A stretch of 64,000 bases of DNA from Octopus vulgaris. Lineage: Eukaryota. The position numbers and the translations under genes were made by a program. Positions 28,928-43,986 of the stretch are shown one piece after another (position 1 is the first letter of the stretch; every line of letters begins with the position of its first letter). The DNA is taken from contig OX597839.1 in NCBI GenBank assembly GCA_951406725.2, positions 3,162,001 to 3,226,000 of the forward strand, given 5' to 3'. The notes below the pieces were generated by a model. That model had not been told where the DNA came from, did no database searches, and was given only the letters and a program-made list of their open reading frames with translations.

Positions 28928-29781
28928 GTACGTATGCATGTATGCATGTATGTATTATGCATGCATATATGCATTTATGTATGTATTCAATGCTGTCACA
29001 AAATTTAATGTCTCATTGGTGCAAACATTGCAAAACCAAGACACTTAGTTTCCATATTAAACTAAGTTAGCTCATAAAATATTCCACTGTACAAAGGCAT
29101 CGCACGGACAAATTCCAATTTTGTTACATTAATCTAGAGATTAACTGACACATTTAACGATAATCTTCTTTTCGTATTTGCTTTATGAGTTTTTTACGGA
29201 GGTCGACTGTAATATATAAAATGGAACAGAGACAATACAACCGTGTGAAAAGAATATACAAATTGTTTTATGGCGAAATTACTGTGTTGGCGGATAGAAA
29301 TATTCGGTTTTTTCTTGCTTGACACTTTGTCATCATACGTCTAAAAATCGGTAAAATTTAATCAAATTTTAAAAGCGATAAACAAGACTTGTAGGAGGAA
29401 GAATGGAACTACACAAAAACAAAAATGACCCATAAACCACTGCGATAAAATATTTTTTAAAATAACATTGAAATGTCCGTGAAAGAGATGCGTAAGGGAA
29501 AATGGATTGAACGATGTTCGTTATTTCATATCACTACAATTGTTTCCCTACATTGATACTTCCCAAACACATAATTGACCCAAACGCATAATTGTATGCA
29601 CATACACACACTTCCTTAAGCACATATACGTTATTGTTCATTCACAAAATACTTACATACAAACAGGAGACTCTAGGAATTTAAAATGACGTTATCGAAA
29701 CGAACAAAATATTGTGATAGTAGATGTATAGAAAGATTGGAAGGGGGAAAGAAAGGAAGAATAAAACAAAGTAAAAAAGAT

Positions 29782-30010
29782 TTGGACTGAAAAAATATGA
29801 ATTCTGTAGACGAGGTCAGGACAGTACTAGAAGAGTATTTTGCGTCACGGACAAGTGAATTTTGGAAGAGGGGCCTTGCAAGTCTACCAGAAAGACGGAA
29901 GATCATTGAAGGAGAGTATATTTTAGATTGAAAAAGAACTTTATTTATCTTTATTCTGAAAAATAAAATAAGTATTTTAAAAACCGCATTATTTATGGGA
30001 TGACCCAATA
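29782..30010 (+). mobile_element. Mariner transposase C-terminus plus right TIR
   Basis: NSVDEVRTVLEEYFASRTSEFWKRGLASLPERRKIIEGEYILD*. TIR-like end ATTTATGGGATGACCCAATA followed by TA. Confidence 0.8.
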
Positions 30011-30196
30011 TAATAGCGTTGTAGTTCGCTTGGAGCAATGTAGTACAGAAGTAAAAATGAAAGAAAAGAGAAATAAGGAAAAATCGAACAATACATTGTT
30101 AGAAGCTTTATTTTACTTTTCTTTCCTTTTCTACACACACACGCACGCACACGCACTCACATACGCACACACACACACACACATATATATATATAA

Positions 30197-30271
<75 letters not shown>

Positions 30272-30294
30272 CATACATACATACATATATATAT

Positions 30295-30401
<107 letters not shown>

Positions 30402-31335
30402 CTTCTCTAATTTCTAGCATTTCCTTTCCGCTTGCAACACCATGTAAAGATGAAATGGCTGATGCCGTTGACATTTAAGTTTGTGTTTTCTTCTATATTT
30501 CCTGCCAAGTTGTCAAATCGTAACAATGTTTTTTAACTTACTGTCATTGACATGTAATTGTCCCAGTAGTAAGTTATAGCTATATTATTCTCATGAATTA
30601 TACAAGAGAAGGGGAAAGAAACGAACAGAAAATTCACACAAAAAACGCGGGCTTGCTCTTTTCTCGTCAGTTATCATCGAAAAAGAATCATTACAATTTC
30701 ACGCCTCATTCTCAGCTGGATAAGATGACGGAATTACGAGTACGTTGGACAAAAATGCTTAGCGGCATTTCTTCTCGCATTATTTCTAAGTTCAAATCCT
30801 GCCGAGGTAGACTTTGCCTTTTTTTTTCTGGATCGATAAAGTAAATACCTGTTGAACATTAGAGCCAATGTAATCACCCATCCTCTGGAACCAAACTTTC
30901 AGCTCTTGAGCGAATTTTCCTCAATTGACAGAAAAAACAAGAGAAGTAATCCCAGTATTTTAAGTACAACACAAAAAGTCTTTCGTAGAAGGATTATACT
31001 AGTAACTTTTATTTATTAAAGTGAAGACTTTATGCAGCTGGAAAACTATTAGAAAATGTCTACTATAGCACTGTAAGTTGGTGGAGCATGGCTTAGTGAT
31101 TAGAATGTTGGACTCATGATCGTAAGAGTGTGGTTTCGATTCTTAGACTGGGTGATGCGTTGTATTCTTGATCAAACCACTTCATTTTCCATTTCTCCAG
31201 TCCACTCAGCTGATAAAAAGGAGAAATCCTACGACGAGCTGGCGTCCCGTCTAGGGGGGGAATTTATACGCCAGAGAAACTGGGAAACCGGGAAATCCTT
31301 ACAGAGTGATGTGGACTAACCAATCACAGAATTAT

Positions 31336-31629
31336 AGGAATATGAAATAATTGTTTTTTGGAACAGTGGATCTCGAAGCATATAAGGCTATAAAAAATAG
31401 CATGTAAATATTTGATTTAAAGACCCATTTGGATAGAAAAATTCGAAGTCTATCTGTGGGACTCGAGAACGCCTTTCATTTCTACAAGAGATATAAGTTC
31501 CAATCCTGGTGACAAACTTCGACATTTTCTATTCAAAAGGGATTTTTAACCCGATATTTGCATGCTATTATTTATAGCTTTATATGCTTCGAGATCCACT
31601 GTTCCAAAGAAAAATTATTTCACGTTCTT
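31336..31629. mobile_element. MITE-like fold-back with about 115-bp arms
   Basis: GGAACAGTGGATCTCGAAGCATATAA... mirrored by ...TTATATGCTTCGAGATCCACTGTTCC. Confidence 0.75.
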
Positions 31630-31934
31630 TAGAAAGTTTATATTGCAAAAATTCTTTTGATGCCACCTGTAAGAAATATTCAATTTATTGCAAACGATAC
31701 AAACCTTGAAATTAAAACAGAGGATTGTTTTCCGCCTCAGGAGACGTCAGCAAACGTAGAAGAGTATTTGGAATGATCGTTGTGAAAAGAAAGAGGACAT
31801 AACATTGAGAGAAAGTTAGAGAATTAAACAATATAACAACTAAGCAAAGGATGGGGTTACAGAGCATTAATAATAATAATAACAACAACAACAACAACAA
31901 CAACAACAGTAACAATAACAACAGCAAGAACAAC

Positions 31935-31993
<59 letters not shown>

Positions 31994-32204
31994 TGATGAT
32001 GATGATGATGATTATAATTTTTGTCTTGTTTTTCTGCTTGCCAGAGGAGGAATAGATAAAGGGACATTTCAAGGACAAATTATAAAAGCGCTTAGACAGT
32101 TTAAGAATTTACGAAAGCAAAAGAAAGCATTAAAAATACAGGCTTATGATGATAATGATGGTGATAAACATGATGACGACCGCTCTCAAGAATTAAGTGG
32201 GAAA

Positions 32205-32420
32205 AAAAAAACAGAAAAAATAATCCAGAATCCTTATCCAGTACTGGATTGGTCACAAAATCTAATCAGTTTGTGCCAGTCACGGGGTCAAACATCTCTG
32301 AAAGTTTCATCCGAATCCACCCGGTAGTTCTTGGGGTATCTTGTCTACGGAAAACAAACAAACCAGCCAACAAACATCACTGAAAACAATACCTCCGTCT
32401 TCGCTAAGGCGGAGATAATA
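32205..32420 (+). mobile_element. Helentron/DINE-like non-autonomous element, 3' end
   Basis: GAAAACAATAC followed by the terminal hairpin CTCCGTCTT-cgct-AAGGCGGAG, then ATAAT. Confidence 0.55.
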
Positions 32421-33157
32421 AGATCTATTCGTGTTTTATCTTCCATCCTAATCAGTTTCTTAACTATGCATACCTATCCTTTGTGTATAATATATATTTT
32501 CAACTGAAAAGCAGATGGCGAAAAAACTGGCACATTATAACATTTATTTTACTCGGCATCGGAATAAGAAATATTACTTTTATAACCTAATTTTTATTGG
32601 GGTGTTTTAACTTGTACACATCTCAATGCATAGATATTATTATGCATAGTTTTTATTTTTGTTGCTGATGTAACTAATAATTTCTCCCCATTTCAGACCT
32701 GACAGAGCAAAACTATGATCAATGTCATTCAAGCCGTGACCATAATCTTCTCTTGATCAAGCAGAATTTTGTTTAAATACGAGGACACCTATAACTATCC
32801 TGTCATGGGCTTCATCATTCAAAAATGGCAAAGAACCTCAGAGAAATTTTATTCAAGATGTGAAACGAAATCGAACCCTAATGCACGTGGCTGAGAATCG
32901 AACTCCATAACCATACCCCTTTAACTGCATCCTGCACTGCCTGCTTAAAGGTTATTGTAGTCAACGGCATGTGCAACTTTTTTAAGAAGCGGGCCGCATG
33001 AAAAATGGTTAATCATCAAGTGGGCCGCACTACTAAAAAAATTCCAAGTAATTTTTCGTTAGGTGAGCCATTCAGCAAGACTTGCGGGCCGCAATTTACT
33101 CGTGACTGGATTAAACAAAGAGCGGCCGGGATGAACGCATTAGTAGGAGGCCAATTA

Positions 33158-33375
33158 AGTGGCGAATTGGCAGAAACGTTAGCACGCCTGGCGTATTTCG
33201 TCTGTCGTTACGTTCTGAGTTCAAATTCCGCCGAGCTCGACTTTGCCTTTCATCCTTTCGGGGTCGCTAAATTAAGTACCAGCTACGCACTGGGGTCGAT
33301 ATAATCGACTTAATCCGTTTGTCTGTCCTTGTTTGTCCCCTCTGTGTTTAGCCCCATGTGGGTAGTAAAAGAAAT
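33158..33375 (+). mobile_element. SINE family A
   Basis: Head, core and tail present. Confidence 0.85.
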
Positions 33376-33822
33376 TATTAGTAACAAGCCAACAAGAGTG
33401 GTCCCCACTGTGGTCGTTCTATATGGAAAACATAGCAACGAAACCTTTCAGAAATAATTCTCTACTGTTATACAAAACAAAAAGTAACTTGAGGAAGGAA
33501 GAAATAAAGAAAAAAACCGAAGGACGCATTTGATAATTCTGTCCGAGATAAAATGACTGAAAAACAGATAGATAAATAAATGTGAGATGCTCACGGCTGG
33601 AATGTATTTTATCATAGGTCATCTCATTCACAGAACACTTGGGGCCATAAACAGATGTAACGGACATAAGAGGCTGATGTATAACATTTAAATACACAGA
33701 AGTCAGCTTTAGTCTTCAAAATCGATATAATCCTTTTAGTAATATATTCAAATTAGCTGTAAGCAAAGTCGGCATACATAGTTGTCAAAAAATTACTTCT
33801 ACACACATTCATATCTGCCTCA

Positions 33823-33855
<33 letters not shown>

Positions 33856-34031
33856 TCTCTTTCTTTCTCTCTTTCTCTCTTTCTCTTTTTCTCTTTCTAG
33901 ATTTTCTCTGTAAAATGTGTGTGTATATAAGTTTCTGTATATACTTTATGTGTATGCGTATGTGGGGGGGGCTATGCCGTGTGTGTAGTACGTATGTGTG
34001 AGTATGTATATACCTATCAATGTATAAATAC

Positions 34032-34071
<40 letters not shown>

Positions 34072-34084
34072 CTATCTATTTGTG

Positions 34085-34187
<103 letters not shown>

Positions 34188-34225
34188 TGATAGATAGCAG
34201 CAGAAAATTCAACAACAGGTTTTGT

Positions 34226-34259
<34 letters not shown>

Positions 34260-34361
34260 TATAGAGATATATAGGTGCATATATACATAAATATGTATAT
34301 CCCTGTATATACGCATAACTATTTATCATCTATCTACCACCATACCTATCTGTCTATTTCC

Positions 34362-34394
<33 letters not shown>

Positions 34395-34399
34395 TCTCT

Positions 34400-34471
<72 letters not shown>

Positions 34472-34991
34472 TCAGTAAATCATAAATCCGAAAAAAAAGC
34501 ACACTCTAAGTTACAGAGCAGTAAAGTATATAGACCAATTTAGATAGCGTAACCACATAGACCGGCCATATCTATACAAGATATATATATATATATATAC
34601 AAGAAGATATCTGTGCCTATATAATACACATATAACTGCTCAAGTAGCCATCTGTTAACATAACGAGCATCGAGCATTTAGGTTTCAGTTAAAAGCCAAC
34701 AGCGTCTTAGGCTAATAATAGTCATTGCCTGAAATGGAACGGTCTTTGTTGAATGGCGAATTTGAACAGTATTCACAGCTGTGATAATCAATATCTGAAT
34801 ATTATTGTTATAACAATGGTGATTTTTGGAGTGAATGTATATTTGTGGCTGTTCTGTTTTTATGCTGGCTACTCTCTGTGTCCTGTGTATGTATGTATGT
34901 ATGTATGTATGTATGTATGTATGTATGTATGTTCTTAGTTACATATGTATGTACCTAGGCCCGTGTGTTTGGATGTATCTAATCTCACATG

Positions 34992-35024
<33 letters not shown>

Positions 35025-35044
35025 TATATATACATATATATATA

Positions 35045-35084
<40 letters not shown>

Positions 35085-35091
35085 CATACAC

Positions 35092-35130
<39 letters not shown>

Positions 35131-35156
35131 TAGATAGAGAGAGAGAGAGATTGATG

Positions 35157-35225
<69 letters not shown>

Positions 35226-35954
35226 GAGTACATGTACGTGTGAGTATGTATCCTCCTGTGTACGTATGTATATATGCATCTATATGTGTAAGCATGCATG
35301 CACGCACGTACGTACGTATGTATGTATGATTGTGTGTATATATGCATGTATATATGTATTTATGAATGTATGATGTATGTTTGTATGTTCTAGTTTTGAA
35401 GTTTCTCACCAATAAAGAAAAGAAGACAACATCATCTGTAATTCAAACGAACATCAACCAGGCCGTCACATCTCTTTTGTCCTTTGTGATTTATTAAAAC
35501 GTTTTCGTTTTTAGACTTCAAGCCGGTCACTGACAATGATCCAAGATTCTTTTGTCTAAATCATGACAGCTCTTTGAGTTTGTAGCTATCTGGTTTGTTT
35601 AGTGTCAGTAAATACGTGCTTGTGTGCATGTGTATGCTTGGGGATAAACTGGCTGTCGTGCACTGGGTATGCATATCCCTTTCTACACAACAAACGCTTG
35701 TACTTCGTAACCGTTTATGTGGCGTGCGTGCCTGCCTGTGGATTTGATATGCACATTTTGACCTTTTGTCATTGAACTGCGACCATACCGGAGCACCATC
35801 TTGAAACGCTTTGTCCAGTGATTCTCGACCAAGGCTCATGTGAATCTTAGTGCTCCATATAAGACCTACGAGGGTCCACAGAAGCAAATTATTAAATTGG
35901 GGATCTGCCATAGTATTTTAACGATTATGACAGCAAAGTTTGCTTTAGATTTTT

Positions 35955-36650
35955 TTATTCTTTTACTCGTTTCAGTCATTTGGCTGTGGCCATGCTGGAG
36001 CACCGCCTTTTTAGTCGTGCAAATCGACCCACAGGACTTATTCTTTGTAAGCCTAGTACTTATTCTATCGGTCTTTTTGCCGAACCGCTAAGTGACGGGG
36101 ACGTAAACACACCAGCATCGGTTGTCAAGCGATGCTGGGGGCACAAACACAGACACACAAACATATACACACACATATACACACATATATACATATATAC
36201 GACGGGCTTCTTTCATTTTCCGTCTACCAAATGCGTGCGTGTTAATGTATCCATGACGTGCTTCTTTCAGTTTCCGTCTACCAAATCCACTCACAAGGCT
36301 TTGGTTGGCCCGAGACTATAGTAGAAGACACTTGCCCAAGGTGCCACGCAGTGGAACTGAATCCGGAACCATGTGGTTCGTAAGCAAGCTACTTACCACA
36401 CAACTACTGCGAGAAACAGCTAGGTTTGTTTCTCTAATGTTTAGGCGCAGGCGTGGTTGTGTATAGGCACAGGCATGGTTTAGTAAGAAGCATTCTTCCC
36501 AAACACATGGTTCCGGGTTCAGTCCCACTGCGTGGCACCTTGGTCAAGTGTCTTCTACTATAACTTCGGGCCGAGCAAAGCCGTGTGAGCAGATTTGGTA
36601 CACGGAAACTGAAAGAAGCACGTCATGGATACATTAACACGCACGCATTT
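35955..36650. mobile_element. Head-to-head pair of SINE family B copies
   Basis: 35955-36405 (-) and 36463-36620 (+). Confidence 0.85.
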
Positions 36651-36726
36651 ACGTGTGTATATCTGTGTATATATTTGTGTGTTTCTATGTTTTTAAGTAT
36701 GTAAACAAACCACATCCAGTTTCATA

Positions 36727-37120
36727 TCTTTATATATAAAAGAGAAGTTGTGTGTCTGTCTCCTACGATTTAGATTCCTAACTACTCCCACATTTTGCGG
36801 TGCAGTTTAACCAAAACCGGGTATCATATAGTCGTGATTCATATCGAGCCCTTCTGGGTATTAGCGCGCGTCTACGATGAGTCTACGATTTTAAAAAAGA
36901 TTACCATCATTTTTTTCCACTTTAATGCATTTTTTCGCTATTATATAAGGGAACTAACTCTCTAAAAATGTCTACGATGAGTCAACGATTTTTTAAAATT
37001 ACCATATTTTTTTTTCCATTTATTATGCATTTTTTTGCTATTTTTTGGCTATAACTCTCTAAAAATGCTTATATAGTTATTTCCCTTACAAACCCGAGCA
37101 ACGCCGGGCGATACTGCTAG
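36727..37120 (+). mobile_element. Non-autonomous Helitron
   Basis: A|TCTTTATATATAAA ... CCCGAGCAACGCCGGG hairpin, then CGATACTG CTAG|T. No TSD. Confidence 0.85.
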
Positions 37121-37340
37121 TACAAAATAAATCTAAAGAAATTGTCTTCTGTGAAAAGTGTCACTGGGGTTGCCTCCATTTCCGGCTACGTACGTTTAGG
37201 TTTGTTTTTTCTCTTTTTCGACGTCGTAGGATAAACTGCTTTCCATTCTAATAAAGTGGCGTTCAATCATGTAATAATATAAATAGTGTATAAATATATA
37301 TGCATACCTACACATATATGCATACCTACACATATATATG

Positions 37341-37433
<93 letters not shown>

Positions 37434-37435
<2 letters not shown>

Positions 37436-37690
37436 TAGAAAAAACCCACCTTTTATCAATTCAAAATGAACAATTGAATTACACCATCTAGAAAATTACA
37501 TATAATAGAAATATTAAAATTAAAATAATAATATACCAAATATATACGTTTTTATTATTATTTTGCACATTACTTAATCATCGGTATATTATTGTTATTT
37601 TATATTTAATATTTCTATTATATGTAATTTTCTAGATGGTGTAATTCAATTGTTCATTTTGAATCGATAAAAGGTGTTTTTTTTTCTAAT
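37434..37690. repeat. Inverted repeat with about 105-bp arms and 45-bp spacer
   Basis: 37434-37537 versus 37583-37690. Part of the right arm and its downstream tail recur at 10028-10160. Confidence 0.85.
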
Positions 37691-37785
37691 TTATATATAT
37701 ATATATTATATTTTGTGAAATTTGATTTAGTATTTCTAAATTGGATTTTTCCCTGTAAGTTAGGAATAATATTCCCTTAAATACT

Positions 37786-37850
<65 letters not shown>

Positions 37851-38836
37851 TACACATTTATGTATGTATATACACAAAGAGAATACAAAAGGCACCTTAA
37901 ATTTATGACAGCTGATTCGGCAGAAATTTATAAGTGCATTCGTACAAGAGTACATGTATATTTGTATATACATGCATATATGGGCACAGGAGACCACGGT
38001 TGTTTACGTTCCGTAGTGTCCTATCACCATATATGCATGTATATACAAATATATGTATGTACATATATATGTGCATGTATGCATATATATTTATATATTA
38101 TTTATATTATTATATAGTTGAACGCCACGCATCCATTTCCAAGTCTTCTATCTCAATGGTATGAGGCCTGCACACGTAGTTTATCAGTATATATATAATA
38201 CTATATGTGTTTGTGTTTGTGTGCGCCCAAGGTGGTGTATGAATGTATGTACACTGAAAAACATAAGTATATATTTATATGATTATATGTGTGTATTGTA
38301 TGCGTGTGCGCGCGTGTGTGTGTGTGTGCATACGTGTGTCAGCGCATGCGTATGTATGCAGCTACACAATGAAATAAACTAGAAAACGGCTCAGTCTGTA
38401 ACAAGCCGATATTTGGATAAGAATATCTAATTAAAATAAATTATAAGTATCTAATTAAAATATGTACTTAATTATAATTTCCCTTTGCTACCCCACTGAA
38501 GTGTCTTAGGCATATAAAACATTAATTAATGCGTTTAGCAATTTCAATCAAACATATATTCAACTTTCCCCAAAAATAGATTGCGTTGTTCATCAGTATA
38601 GTCTAGTATATTTCAGTGGTTATCTACACATATTTACAAACTCGGTGTGCTGGAACTAATAAAATTAATAGAATGTGTTTTAATCTTCATATCCGATCTC
38701 TTCTGTAATTTAGAACTTATAAATTCTTTAACCCTATTCCTCCTACTCTTCCTACTTTTCCACTTTCATTAGAGGAAGTAATATTTATGCACTTAAATTA
38801 AATTCTTTTTACATACAGCAATATTTTTATACATAA

Positions 38837-39230
38837 CTAGCAGTATCGCCCGGCATTGCTCGGGTTTGTAAGGGAAATAACTATATAAGCATTTTTAGAG
38901 AGTTATAGTCAAAAAGTAGCAAAAAATGCATTAAAAATGGAAAAACAATGATGGTAAATTTTTTTTAAATCGTTGACTCATCGTAGACATTTTTAGAGAG
39001 TTACTTCCCTTATATGATAGCGAAAAAATGCATTAAAATGGAAAAAATGATGGTAAATTTTTTTAAAATCGTAGACTCATCGTAGACGCGCCCTAATACC
39101 CAGAAGGGCTCGATATGAATCACGACTATATGATACCCGAATTTGGTTAAACTGCACCGCAAAATGTGGGAGTAGTTAGGAATCTAAATCGTAGGAGACA
39201 GACACACAACTTGACTTTTATATATAAAGA
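38837..39230 (-). mobile_element. Non-autonomous Helitron, same family as 36727
   Basis: Closely similar reverse complement with the same termini. Confidence 0.85.
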
Positions 39231-40686
39231 TAATCTAAGTAATTTATTGACTAATTTCACTCACATTATCAAAATTTTGTCTCAGTGCAGTAATATCGTT
39301 ATAATCCAGCAAATTCGGATATATTTTTCTTCAGTACGATTATTGCTTCTGCTTCACCTTCCTACCAACTTTGGTACTTTTACTTCACAACTTCAAAATA
39401 ACTGTTTAACAGATTTTATTCAAATTTCCCAGCATTTAAGCTAACGTAAATTTATCTGTTCATGAACTGGATACCGATTAAAAACCTATAAAAGCTTAGT
39501 AACTTAAACATGTTTGATTATGCCTGTGCCACTCATACTTTTTCCGCTCATCTATTAATTCATCGTGTTCAATTTTTCATTATTTGGTTAATATTATTGC
39601 CATTTTAATCATATCTTCGCAATATATTCATTTATTCCATACTCCCTCTCTCTCTCTCTCTCTCTTCTTCTTCTTCTTCTTCTTCTTCTTCTTCTTCTCT
39701 CTCTCCCTTCTCTCTCTCTCTCTTTCTCTCTCTATCTCTGTCTCTATCCCTCTCTTTCTCCACTATTTCTTTTTAGATTTTCTAAAATTCTTATACATTG
39801 ATTTTTGATATAATTTAGCTATACACTATTTAGTTATCTCTCTCTTAAGTAACTTTAGCGCAGTCTATTCATCTTACGTAATAAAATTATACACATTCGT
39901 ACAGATTAAATTTGATAAAACACATAAATGGCATCCATCTTATCTACTCGTATATATCCTATTCTCAAAACAACGCTACACAATACAATTTAGTCCATCG
40001 TTCCTTTATGATTGAGTCTGCGGCATACTTCTGAGAATTGACGGGGTCAGTTTTAAATTTGGCACTGGTCTCCGTAATAATGAATTATCGCTGCTAGTCT
40101 CTGATTCTGGATTGAGCCAATGGATTTAAAGGCGCTTGAAGATGAAATATACCGTTCAAGTCTTCTATTTATCATTTGTTTTAATCATATATAATTTGTT
40201 TCCCTCTACGGGTCTCGCATGATGATTCCAATTTGGATATCGATCTTTCACTGGTCAATTATACTCCCTTCCATATTGAAATGCTGATTTTTCTGTTTGA
40301 ATGTTCATATGTTGTTAAACATGCATGATCAGCAATGTATCAAATACTGACTGCATGGAGTAGCCTGATGATTTGGGAGACTATTGCATTATAATAAATA
40401 TGCGATGCTACCTCACAATAAAATCATTTAATGAGACATTGTAACAAGACCGTGTATTCAAATCGTCTGCTTCTTTTTATCATTATATTTTATCATAAGA
40501 GATGAAGCCAGAATAGAAGTTCCACTATAATTTGAATATCATGGATTTGCAGATTACCAAAGAGCAATTAGCTTTTTCCTCCATTTTAAACACTACACCA
40601 ATGGAATGAATTGTTTATCTGATAATTTGTGTCGTACTATCTAGGAATCAAGTGTTGTGTACTCGCTGATATACCTCAATTTTTAA

Positions 40687-41080
40687 GCGCAGGAGTGGCT
40701 GAGTGGTAAGTAGCTTACTTACCAACCACATGGTTCCGGGTTCAGTCTCACTGCGTGGCACCTTGGGCAAGTGTCTTCTAATATAGCCTCGGGCCGACCA
40801 AAGCCTTATGAGTGGATTTGGTAGACGGAAACTGAAAGAAGCCCGTCGTATATATGTATGTGTGTGTATATGTTTGTGTGCCTGTGTTGTCCCCTAACAT
40901 CGCTTGACAACCGATGCTGGTGTGTTTACGTCCCCGTAACTTAGCGGTTCGGCAAAAGAGAAGACCGATAGAATAAGTACTAGGCTTACAAAGAATAAGT
41001 CCTGGGGTCGATTTGGTCGACTAAAGGCGGTGCTCCAGCATGGCCGTAGTCAAATGACTGAAACAAGTAAAAGAGTAAAA
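40687..41080 (+). mobile_element. Full-length SINE family B (tRNA head, CORE-like CCTTGGGCAAGTGTCTT)
   Basis: GCGCAGGAGTGGCTGAGTGGTAAG...GGGTTCAGTC head and (AAGAGTAA)n-like tail. Confidence 0.85.
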
Positions 41081-41221
41081 GAGAATATATATTTCTGTGT
41101 GTGTTAGGGGTTGAGAAACCAAATAAAGGATAGTACATATCCAATATACTGCTGGTATATTGGATAGCTATCATAGGTACACGCCAATACGTACTCTCTT
41201 ATACACACACAAACCTTCGTG

Positions 41222-41347
<126 letters not shown>

Positions 41348-41404
41348 CTATATGGAAAAAAAGTCAAGATAGGAAATGCTAAAATAATTTTATAAAAAAC
41401 ATTT

Positions 41405-41440
41405 CAGTACCAGTTTCAGTCATTGAGACTTTTTCAACTG
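41405..41440 (-). ncRNA. Minimal hammerhead with U3-A8 covariant core
   Basis: Reverse complement: cag TTGAAAA AGTC-tcaat-GACT GAA ACTGGT A ctg. Confidence 0.7.
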
Positions 41441-41833
41441 TGAGTATGGAAAACAATTAAATTTGGAAAAGAATATTTGTATAGTGTCCAAATACAAGGG
41501 CCATTTTCCTAGTTTCTGCCTGTCTCTTCTCTCTTGTTTACTCTTGTGGGTTCGAAGATCGTTGTGTGAATATATATATATATATGTATGTATGTGTGTG
41601 TGTATGTATGTATGTATGTATGTATGTATGTATGTATGTATGTATGTATGTATGTATGTATGTATGTATGTGTGTATGTATATGAGGCACAAATGTTTAT
41701 TTCTACACTCTCACTTCTGAAAGCGCTGTTGCGTGTTTGGTTTGAGAACGGAACCGGAAGTTTCATATTAAATCCGTTATTTGGTTAATTTCCGATTGGA
41801 TATCGGAAAATTCTTCTAATTCATGACGCTAAC

Positions 41834-41885
<52 letters not shown>

Positions 41886-42135
41886 ATAATAATAATAATA
41901 CGAGAAAACCCTAAAACAAAAATATTAAAAAAGAAAGAAAAATCAGACATACAAAGGAAGAAAATATTCAGTGCAAAAAACAAAACCAGGTCATATCCTT
42001 TTATATATGGATGCACAGAAGCCTCATACATATATTGCGAATATCAAATAAGCTCATACAATGACTGCATATGTTATACATACATGTTAACACACTGATT
42101 GCCAGCTGATAATACATTTTCTGTTCATACGTATT

Positions 42136-42217
<82 letters not shown>

Positions 42218-42285
42218 AGTATATATATATATAAGTATATAAAAGCATATAAAAGCATATAAATATGTATGTATATATATGTATA

Positions 42286-42368
<83 letters not shown>

Positions 42369-42543
42369 GAGGCACACATTCATAATGAACGTATCAAAAG
42401 CTGCAAAAACAGAGGATAAAGATAGAAAAAATTGTTGGTTAGAAATACTATGTGCTTGCGTTTCAATAACCTACACGTGTATGTGTATGTATATATGGGT
42501 GCATGTACTCATCAATGACGTGCACACACACATACACATATGC

Positions 42544-42632
<89 letters not shown>

Positions 42633-42766
42633 ACTTGTGTGCATATTGCCGTTGTCAATATTTGGTCTAATCTTGTTACGGGCGATTTCTCTTCGTGATG
42701 GCAGCTAGAAAAACAACCACTTTTAATTATCTTTCAGGTCTCGCATAAATATATATATATTTATAT

Positions 42767-42887
<121 letters not shown>

Positions 42888-43384
42888 TGTATGTATGTAT
42901 GTATGTATGTATGAATGTATGTATAAATATATGTACGTACACATACAAATATATATAAATGTGTGTAGGTATACATATACATACATACATACATACATAC
43001 ATACATACATACATACATACATACATACAGACGCTCATATAAACTAGGAAATAAATATAGCTTTTATTAACTGCCACAGCATATAAAAGATGTATATAAC
43101 AATTATACACGAACTAAACACACACAGAATTCCCGTGCACACAAACTTAGAATACAGAGTGAAATCCATGCATCCATCTCTCTCCCTCTCTTTCACTCTT
43201 TCTCTCTCTATCTATCTTTATATATATATATATAAACAACTTATAAATGAGGGCAAACGAAAAAATTTCTAATGCCAAATATGCCGAAATTAGACACATT
43301 GTCCATAACCATATATTTTATCACAATATGCACGCTACTCGAAAAAGGTCGACAGAAATTTCTAAAAAAATTCCGTTATTACCA

Positions 43385-43438
43385 TTACGGACCGATTTCA
43401 GGATTAGTTCATAAGAACCCTCCCTTCGTCAGTGATAA
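43385..43438 (-). ncRNA. Hammerhead motif, canonical core, weak stem I
   Basis: Reverse complement: ttatca CTGACGA AGGGA-gg-GTTC-ttat-GAAC-taa-TCCT GAA ATCGGT C cgtaa. Confidence 0.6.
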
Positions 43439-43492
43439 ATGCGGCAAAAAATAAATGAAATGCTTACTCATATCCTACATTAGATGTAAATT

Positions 43493-43566
<74 letters not shown>

Positions 43567-43687
43567 ACCGACCAGACTATTAAATGTTGTTACACATCGC
43601 TGGTCACAATGCGTTCGCATTGTTTTAGCCTTCGAATGACGCCACCCCGCTGGCTAATCTAGCAGGCCAATATATATATATATATAT

Positions 43688-43892
43688 ATTTCTTTATTGC
43701 CCACAAGGGGATAAACATAGAGGGGACAAACAAGGACAGACAAAGGGATTAAGTCGATTACATCGATCCCAGTGCGTAACTGGTACTTAATTTATCGACC
43801 TCGGCGGAATTTGAACTCAGAACGTAGCGGCAGGCGAAATACGGCTAAGCATTTCGCCCGACGTGCTTACGTTTCTGCCAGTTCGCTGTCTT
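43688..43892 (-). mobile_element. SINE family A
   Basis: Matches the family, with an internal deletion. Confidence 0.85.
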
Positions 43893-43910
43893 AATAATAA
43901 TAATAATAAC

Positions 43911-43986
<76 letters not shown>

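Noticed and set aside
34469-34480. Reverse-complement CTGACGA abutting (TA)n
   Set aside because: Core box only, with the rest of the motif absent.
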